Origin: Vitrella brassicaformis CCMP3155
Lineage: Eukaryota; Protista; Chromerida
Reading direction: 5' to 3'
DNA length: 28,837 nt
Assembly: GCA_001179505.1 (NCBI GenBank)
Contig: CDMY01000704.1
Location: 1 to 28,837, forward strand
Part shown: positions 1 to 8,800 of the stretch, one piece after another
Numbering within the stretch: position 1 is the stretch's first letter
How the letters are laid out: each line of letters opens with the position of its first letter
Made by a program: the position numbers and the translations under genes
Notes under the pieces: model-generated
The model's database searches: none
What the model was told of the DNA's origin: nothing
What the model saw: the letters and a program-made list of their open reading frames with translations, nothing else

Positions 1-569
1 TGTGTGTGTCCGTATTGGTGTTGTGTGCATGATGACACACGGTGCATGAACCCACGCAAGGACAAATCAATGAAGGGATGAGCCTTCAGATACACACGTA
101 TATGGACACAAGTCTGTCGTCCACACCATGTATCCCATCCGTCAGTAGTCGCAACATCCGCACCACCATCGATGGGTCATCTAGCCATCAGCAGATGATA
201 AGGGAAGAGAGAGAGAGCCCACTCGCCCACGGCGCAGTCGGACCACGAATGCACACGGCGAACATGTGCTCACAGCACCATGAAACGCCAGATCTCCATG
301 GCCATCACGTCCAGCAGGCACCACGGTGCTCAGATCCACCATCTCGACACGTGCTCATCGCACCATGACCGAGATCTCCTCCAAAACGTCTCACAAACGT
401 GGCAGGGCCCCGTAGATCTGACAGATAAAGCACTCCGTGCTGTCGGCTGACCTCTCGTGGCCCTCCAGCGCCATCTTCCTCGTCGCCACAAGCCTGCACA
501 CCCAGAAACACGACCCGCACACAGCCATCGAGAGGAACTACCTCTTCCCGACGCTGACCAACCACCTCA
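1..569. repeat. Dispersed repeat shared with the far end of the window (27406-28081), partly inverted
   Basis: 1-99 is the reverse complement of 27406-27504. 100-569 is a near-identical direct copy of 27614-28081. Confidence 0.9.
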
Positions 570-911
570 GCCTTCTCCTCGGAGTTGTGTGTTGCTTTGC
601 CCTGGTTCCCGGGGAAGCCGTGCGCGAGCAGCAGAAGGGGCGAAATGCTAGAAGTACGAGTGATAGAAAGCGTGTGGACAAATAAGCGGTCTGTTCCCTT
701 TCAATAATTGCTGCTTTGTATACCGTTGCGTGTCCTCCCTTGTGCACCTACCTGTACAGGGTCTGTATGGTCTGTTTCAGTGTGATACATGTGGAATTAC
801 GAATGAATGACAGGGAAGCAATGAAATCAGTTATTCACCGGCTCACTCATTGCAAATGCCGTGCATGATTGAGTGTGGTCACTCACTCCGCACTACAAGC
901 GGTACATTGCC

Positions 912-1254
912 AGAAAACTGACCCAGGGGGGTGGGAAACTGTGTTCTGCGGAAAATCAGGGCCCCATGCGGAAAACTGAGCCAGGGGCCCGGAAAACTGG
1001 GGCTCTGCAGTGGAAAACTGACGCCCTGAGTGGAAAACTGACCATCCGATGTGGAAAACTGGTGATCTCTAGTGGAAAACTGACCACCTGCATGGAAAAC
1101 TGGCCATCCGACGCGGAAAACTGGCTTTCTGGTGCTTGTACCCAGTTTTCCACTGCCTGATGCCAGTTTTCCATTTCCTGATGCCAGTTTTCCAATCAAT
1201 GTGCCAGTTTTCCGCTGCCTGATGCCACTTTTCCGCTGAATGTGCCAGTTTTCC
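912..1254. repeat. Convergent array of GGAAAACTG 9-mers with variable spacers and ~20-21 bp period
   Basis: Plus-oriented cores start at 912, 933 and 950 (degenerate), then 970, 991, 1012, 1032, 1053, 1074, 1094, 1115. Reverse cores (CAGTTTTCC) start at 1143, 1164, 1185, 1205, 1226 (CACTTTTCC) and 1246. Confidence 0.9.
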
Positions 1255-1540
1255 ACTGCCTGACTGCGCCGCCGACTCAGGCTGCTTCTGCATGGCGTCC
1301 CTGCAGTGACGCCCCCCCTGCTGTGCCTCTGTTGGCAAATCAGGGGAAGAGGGCAAATCGGAAGAGGGGACATGATGTGAAGGTCAATCGGTTGCTTCGT
1401 GGATGACTATCGTTTTGCTCTTGTCGTCAAGGAAGTAGACAGACAGGAGGGGAGGATTGTAAAAAAGTGCCGCTTGTATGGCATTTTGACTGAAGGCAGA
1501 CTTCAAGAATTCTTCAAAATCCTTTGCGATCAGTTCCGTA

Positions 1541-1613
1541 ATTGGGCTAGAGCCCAATCCGCGAATTGGGCTAGAGCCCAATTTGCGTCCGCGAATTGGG
1601 CTAGTGCCCGATT
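1541..1613. repeat. Three tandem short palindromes, (A)ATTGGGCT-AG-AGCCCAAT(T)
   Basis: Units at 1541-1558, 1564-1583 and 1594-1613 (third degenerate). Confidence 0.85.
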
Positions 1614-1618
1614 TGCGT

Positions 1619-1900
1619 CTTTAAGAAACAACACGTCCGGTCAGACAAAACGTTCGATCACGATCGTATGGAAGAGAGAAAGCAAAACGGTAGCGGCGTT
1701 GTGTTGCTTGCAGTACTACAGACACGTCAATGTGTCGAGAAGCTTCGTCTTTTTTTGTCGCGTTTGGATCAGTGTGCGTTAAACTGATGTACCCTAAAGC
1801 GACAAGTCATTGAAAAAAGCGTGGCGCATGAAACAAACCGCTGCTGCTTGAAAAAGATCACGCTTGCTTCGCGGAGAAAGTCAACGAACAAGGGTATCTC
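1619..1900. repeat. 3' flank of the helicase-bearing repeat; left half of the site interrupted by the copia element
   Basis: Aligns to ~15221-15490. Sequence after the copia element (11588 onward) continues the alignment at ~15490-15610. Confidence 0.85.
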
Positions 1901-2742
1901 TGTCGCGCTGACATGCCGCTGCCTATACATATATGTCATCATGGTTGGTCCCATTGTATCCACGCTTCGTTATGTTGGCGATTGGTGCGATGTTGGCCAT
2001 GGCTCAGTGCAGTGGGCCGAGCTATTTGCTACCGGTTACACGGAGCTCGTAGCTCGCAGCCTTCGCATGACCATGGCGGACAGCTCACCATCGCCCTGGG
2101 CATCGTGCACCGTGACACAGGTACATACCCACNNNNNNNNNNNNNNNNNNNNNNNNNNNNNNNNNNNNNNNNNNNNNNNNNNNNNNNNNNNNNNNNNNNN
2201 NNNNNNNNNNNNNNNNNNNNNNNNNNNNNNNNNNNNNNNNNNNNNNNNNNNNNNNNNNNNNNNNNNNNNNNNNNNNNNNNNNNNNNNNNNNNNNNNNNNN
2301 NNNNNNNNNNNNNNNNNNNNNNNNNNNNNNNNNNNNNNNNNNNNNNNNNNNNNNNNNNNNNNNNNNNNNNNNNNNNNNNNNNNNNNNNNNNNNNNNNNNN
2401 NNNNNNNNNNNNNNNNNNNNNNNNNNNNNNNNACACACAGATCACCCACTGGTGGTCTACGTGTACAGTGACACTGGGTTGGTTTTGGTACTGCTCACGG
2501 GGAGCACACACACCTACCTCTTGTGGGTGTCTGTGGTTCTCGGTTCAGTAGCGTGTCGGGTGTCTGACTGGCCATGCATTACACGCCTTCACCGTTTCGT
2601 GTTTGACCTTCGATGGACCGATTCCTGCTGTCTACACCGTTATCTACGACGTACAGCCACGAACGTTGACCGTTGATCCCGACTCTCGGCACGCAACTCA
2701 CGTTCGCTTACGGCATTGACACCGACATACACACGGTCGACA
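1901..2742 (+). repeat. 5' LTR (contains N gap 2133-2432)
   Basis: 1901-2120 matches 10932-11151 and 2433-2742 matches 11273-11582. Three substitutions found by eye in ~530 aligned bp. Confidence 0.93.
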
Positions 2743-2760
2743 TGGGCGCAAAAGCGAACC
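2743..2760 (+). promoter_or_regulatory. Candidate primer-binding site
   Basis: TGGGCGCAAAAGCGAACC begins with TGG immediately after the LTR terminal CA. Cognate tRNA not identified. Confidence 0.4.
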
Positions 2761-2786
2761 CCTGACCAACGACAACGGGACAGACG

Positions 2787-5526
2787 ATGTCATCAGAAGA
2801 CCCTCCCAACCCACCACTCCCAGCAGCTGAGGACGCCCAGGGGTCTGATCAGCCCTCGGGGCAGCCCCAGCCCCTCCAACCCCGGGAACTCGCCACACCC
2901 GCGCCAGGAGTACGTGACGTCTCCCCAACACCAGTGTCGGCCCCGGCGGGGCAGCAGAGGGGACGGAATGCTGTGGAGGCCTACAAGTATGATGCGTCGA
3001 CGTCGCCCTTGGCTCCCGTAGCGTCAGGGGGATCCTCGAGGCTCGATAGGGGGCCTAGTCTAGGGCCAGTGGAGGTGCTCGCCAGTGCGTTTGGGAGGGC
3101 CATCTCCCAGCGCGCATGGACACAAGAGCAGCTGGAAGACCTCCAGTGCGGCCTTGCAGACGTCTTATGGGAGGTCAACCCAGCAAATCCAGCCAACCAC
3201 CACCTGACCCAGACAGAGATACAGCAGAGGGTCCAGCAGGGCAATGCGGGCGACGAGCAGGGAAGAGGCACCGGCGGCCTCGGCTTGTCTGCCAACACGA
3301 ACGGTGCGTCGGAGGGCGTCAGTGGCCCAGCACCACCCCCACCACCACCCCAACCCCAACTAGCGGTCATCCCACCCCCCGAGCAGTCGCGCAACGACGC
3401 CGGGAGACCGTCAACCACGGAGCAGACGTCCACGAGTGCAGCAGCGAGTGCAGCAGCAGCATCAGCCCCACCAGCACAACAGTACACCAGCAGCGCTGAC
3501 CCATTGATCACACCCCTACCGCCAGCCATCGGACACCACCATCGCCCCACCGCAAGGGCGGATGATGAGATAGCACGGTGGGCCAGGGAGGATGTGGCGG
3601 CGTGGGCGGCGGGGATACAAGATGCAGAGCTGACGAACATCGACAACGAACTGAAGTACCACCAGGAGCGACAGCTAGAGGTCGAGCGTCGCATCCAGAC
3701 TGTCACGCTGGGCGACTCACACACCAGCGCAGTTCCGCTGCAGCAGCTGCTCCACTACAAGCAGCTGATCGGACAGGACGTCCAGCGATGTCGACGTCTA
3801 CGCTATGCGCGGATCGCCGCCATCAATGCTGCCCAGACAGCTGGGCGGCAGAGGGCGGACCCGCCCATTCAGGGGCTGGGGGAGCGACTGGCGGCCACCC
3901 ACTCGGCTGCGACGGTGTCATACCGCGGTGACGCCCAGCAGCATATCACCGACCAGCCCCCGCCCCCGCCACCACCTCATACCACCCGTGTTTTGGATCC
4001 ACTGTGGACTGCGTCGGCACCAACGAGCGGCCGGCCGGCCACTACTGCACAGCCCCAGAGTGGGAGTCAGGCCGGATCATCGGTCTACCCACCAGCAGTG
4101 GTGGTAGCTGAGGGCGGCCAGAGGCGATGTGCACACGGAGCTGCTGAGGAGGGGGGGTCGGTGTTTGTGAGGTCGAGTGACCAACGTGACCGTCAGGCGC
4201 GCACATCGACGTCATGGGCCGACCCACGGTGCCAAGGGCGTGGCACTGGGGCGGACAGAGGGAGTCCACCGGGTAGTGATGATGATAGATATCGCAGCCA
4301 CTCGTCGAGGCGGCGGACTCGNNNNNNNNNNNNNNNNNNNNNNNNNNNNNNNNNNNNNNNNNNNNNNNNNNNNNNNNNNNNNNNNNNNNNNNNNNNNNNN
4401 NNNNNNNNNNNNNNNNNNNNNNNNNNNNNNNNNNNNNNNNNNNNNNNNNNNNNNNNNNNNNNNNNNNNNNNNNNNNNNNNNNNNNNNNNNNNNNNNNNNN
4501 NNNNNNNNNNNNNNNNNNNNNNNNNNNNNNNNNNNNNNNNNNNNNNNNNNNNNNNNNNNNNNNNNNNNNNNNNNNNNNNNNNNNNNNNNNNNNNNNNNNN
4601 NNNNNNNNNNNNNNNNNNNNNATCGGACAGTGAGCGACTCAAGGAGAAGAGAGAGCTGCTGTACGGCCTCCTCATGACACGACTCGACCGCCGACTCTTC
4701 AACATAGCGACGGCCACCGTCGGCACCTTGGCCATCGAGCAGATGAACGGGACAGCGCTGTGGAAGGCGTTGGTCAGGCACATGGAGCCACAGGCAGACC
4801 ACCACCTCCAGCTGCTCGCCGACCAGCTCACCTCCCTCCCCCGGGCACCGACGGCAGAGATCGCCGCAACGAACATCCGATCGATCGAGAATGAGATTCT
4901 CGACGCCGGCGGCACGCTCGACACGGAGAAGACTCGCCTGCAGCGCTACAAGGACACCCTGCCGACTCACATGTTGCCCCACGTCAAGCTGATCGAGACG
5001 GCGAGACATCAAGTCAACCACATGCTGGAGAGCAACCCCGAGGCCGAGCTCGCAGGCTTGCGTCGCCTCCGCCCTCTCACCATGGAGGAGCTGTCCACAC
5101 AACTCATCCGTCACGAGCGGAACGAGAACCCCAACCTCGACTACCTGCAGCCGGTGCTGCAGCTGCCCGGCGGCACTGACAAGAAGGGGGCGGCCATGCT
5201 GGCCAACCACAAGTCAGGTGGGGGGCAAGGACGACAAGAACAAGGGGGCGGCGGCGGCAACCGGCAGGCCAACCAGCCCACGTACGCGTCAGGCACGCCT
5301 CCCCGGGGCCAGAAGTGGACCCCCGTCCCCAAGAGCAGCGGTGCGAGCCGGCGGACGCAGCAGACCTCTGGGTCAGCGTCTGGTGGGGGCAACAAGGCGC
5401 CAGGGCACGGCAACCACGAGAGCCTACCGAGGCCCAAGGCCAGCGACGGTCTGGTGTCGCAGGAGGAGATAGACAAGAGGACGGCCGAGAACAAGTGCCC
5501 ACGGTGCGGCAAGGGACCTCACGAGT
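2787..5526 (+). CDS. Gag-like polyprotein, copy 1 (gap-interrupted, runs into a gap inside the zinc knuckle)
   Basis: ATG at 2787, Pro/Gln/Ala-rich N-terminus, copia Gag core (LYGLLMTRLD...NGTALWKALVRHME), CPRCGKGPHE. 3537-5526 is a diverged duplicate of 5827-7687. Confidence 0.8.
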
Positions 5527-5826
5527 NNNNNNNNNNNNNNNNNNNNNNNNNNNNNNNNNNNNNNNNNNNNNNNNNNNNNNNNNNNNNNNNNNNNNNNNNN
5601 NNNNNNNNNNNNNNNNNNNNNNNNNNNNNNNNNNNNNNNNNNNNNNNNNNNNNNNNNNNNNNNNNNNNNNNNNNNNNNNNNNNNNNNNNNNNNNNNNNNN
5701 NNNNNNNNNNNNNNNNNNNNNNNNNNNNNNNNNNNNNNNNNNNNNNNNNNNNNNNNNNNNNNNNNNNNNNNNNNNNNNNNNNNNNNNNNNNNNNNNNNNN
5801 NNNNNNNNNNNNNNNNNNNNNNNNNN

Positions 5827-8800
5827 CACCATCGCCCCACCGCAAGGGCGGATGATGAGATAGCACGGCGGGCCAAGGAGGATGTGGCGGCGTGGGCGGC
5901 GGGGCTATATAATGCAGAGCTGACTGACATCGACAACGAACTGGTGTACCACAAGGAGCGAGGGCTAGAGGTCGAGCGTCTCATCCAGGCGGTCACGCTG
6001 GGCGACTCGCACACCAGCGCAGTCCCGCTGCAGCAGCTGTTCCACTACAAGCAGCTCATCGGACAGGACGTCCAGCGATGTCGACGTCAACGCTATGCGC
6101 GGATCGCCGCCATCAATGCTGCCCAGACAGCTGGGCGGCAGAGGGCGGACCCGCCCATTCAGGGGCAGGGGGAGCGACTGGCGGCCACCCACTCGGCTGC
6201 GACGGTGTCATACCCGGGTGACGCCCAGCAGCATATCACCGACCAGCCCCCGCCCCCGCCACCACCTCATACCACCCGTGTTTTGGATCCACTGTGGTCT
6301 TCGTCGGCACCAGCGAGCGGCCGGCCGGCCACTACTGCACAGCCCCAGAGTGGGAGCCAGGCCGGATCATCGGTCCACCCACCAGCAGTGGTGGGGGCCG
6401 AGGGCGGCCAGGGGCGATGTGCACACGGAGCTGCTGAGGATGGGGGGTCGGTGTTTGTGAGGTCGAGTGACCAACGTGACCGTCAGGCGCGCACATCGAC
6501 GTCATGCGCCGACCCACGGTGCCCAGGGCGTGGCACTGGGGCGGACAGAGGGAGTCCACGGAGTAGTGATGATGATAGATATCGCAGCCACTCATCGAGG
6601 CGGCGGAGTCGGACGCGGAGCCCTGAGGACCAGAAGGGCTTCAACCCGCCTGCCGAGCTGAAGTACGACAAGGACGTCTTCAGCAGGTGGCGTGTGTGGA
6701 AGAGGAACATGGAGAGTGTCGCCATCTTCTCATGGAGACTGAAGGAGGTCCTCACCGATGAACCAGACCCATCGGACAGCGAGCGACTCAAGGACAAGAG
6801 AGAGATGCTGTACGGCCTCCTCATGACACGACTCGACCGCCGACTCTTCAACATAGCAACGGCCACCGTCGGCACCTTGGCCATCCAGCAGATGAACGGG
6901 ACAGCGGTGTGGAAGGCGTTGGTCAGGCACATGGAGCCACAGGCAGACCACCACCTCCAGCTGCTCGCCGACCAGCTCACCTCCCTCCCCCGGGCACCGA
7001 CGGCAGAGATCGCCGCAACGAACATCCGATCGATCGAGAATGAGATTCTCGACGCCGGCGGCACGCTCGACAAGGAGGAGACCCGCCTGCAGCGCTACAA
7101 GGACACCCTGCCGACTCACATGTTGCCCCATGTCAAGCTGATCGAGACGGCGAGAAACCAGCTCAGCGGCATGATAGACAACAACCCCCAGGCCGAGCTC
7201 GCAGGCTTGCGTCGCCCCCGCCCTCTCACCATGGAGGGGCTGTCCACACAACTCATCCGTCACGAGCGGAACGAGAACCCCAACCTCGACTACCTGCAGC
7301 CGGTGCTGCAGCTGCCCGGCGGCACTGACAAGCAGGGGGCGGCCATGGTGGCCAACCACAAGTCAGGTGGGGGGCAAGGACGACAAGCACAAGGTGGCGG
7401 CGGCGGCAACCGACAGGCCAACCAGCCCACGTACGCGTCAGGCACGCCTCCCCGGGGCCAAAAGTGGACCCCCAAGGGCAGCGGGGCGAGCCAGCGGACG
7501 CAGCAGACCTCTGCGTCAGCGTCTGGTGGGGGCAACGCGTCTGGTGGGGGCAGCAAGGCGCCAGGGCACGGCAACCACGAGAGCCTACCGAGGCCCAAGG
7601 CCAGCGACGGTCTGGTGTCGCAGGAGGAGATAGACGAGAGGACGGCCGAGAACAAGTGCCCATGGTGTGGCAAGGGAGGCCACGAGTACTACGAATGCTA
7701 CAGGCACCGAGCCGAGCTCATCAAGAGAGGTGGCCGCTTCGCCAACCTACCACCCAGGTGGTCGCCCAAGCAGACGGGTGGGGGCAAGGGCAGAGATGGG
7801 GGTGGCCATGCCGTCAGGCTGGCCGTCTCTGAGGAGCCAGAGCCAGCTGCAGCACTCGGCAACGCACTCACACCACTCCATTCACCTGGTCCGCCCCCCA
7901 GCACCGGCTCTGACGACTCTGCCTACTACGCAGCGGCCGAGCCGTCGGTCGGCCCTGACCTCTCGGCCCCTCACAGCACCCTCTTCCATTTCAACGAGGA
8001 CCGCCAGCAATTGCCCGATGTGAGTGACGGGGAGAGCGCCACATTGCTTCTGGAGGGTGACGGCGAGGCTGCTGCCATGGACGGCGGCGCCGCAACACAC
8101 ATCTTCCGAGACAAGAAGTTCCTCATCCCCGGCTCAGAGCGGCCCACTCCGGGGCTCACCATCAAGACGGCACATGAGGGCCAGGACCTGGATATCGAGT
8201 GCGAGGGCAAGGCCATCATTGGCGTCACCGACGAGAACGGCTTCCAGCGCCTGATGAAGCTGTCGCCCGTGTATGTCGCCCCTGACTGCCCTACCACACT
8301 CATCAGCGAGCGCCAGCTGCACGCAAGGGGTGGTGGTGTCCACAAGGTCGCTGGGGAGGCTGACCACGCCTACCTCTATTGGCATGTTGTGGGCATCGAC
8401 GGCATTCGGCAGACCTGTGTCGTCCCTCTGACGTGTGCGGTGGGTGGCTATCGCCTGATGGTGTGGCCGTGGACAACGGCCGATGACAAGAGGACTGATG
8501 AGAGGACAGCGAGAGACCCGCTGCAGTCTGGTGGGGGCCACACACACGAGGGAGTGTGTCCGAGTGACTCGAGCGGTGATGGTGGTGACGCTGGTGGTGC
8601 CAACGTGGGCGACCACCGGCAACAACAGAGGATTTGGACGAGTCTGGTGTATCTGATGATGACGGTGCTGATCATGTGTGCACTTCTGAGCTGCATGAGG
8701 ATCTACACCACCGACATCACGACACGATGGCCTCCAGCGACGCAGCCGTCAGCAACCATCCCCACGGTGCGTCACTCACACCATCCATTCGGCCCGTCGC

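Noticed and set aside
912-1254. CRISPR array interpretation of the repeat-spacer pattern
   Set aside because: The conserved core is only 9 bp, spacers are ~11-12 bp, orientation flips midway, there are no cas genes and the context is eukaryotic.
873-1373. ORFs on both strands across the GGAAAACTG array
   Set aside because: Their ENW/GKL/QFS periodicity is simply the translated DNA repeat.
2787-5855. 1022-aa ORF as one real protein
   Set aside because: It reads through two nominal 300-N gaps. The true length of one is ~159 bp, and the tail after the second gap belongs to a different Gag copy in another frame.
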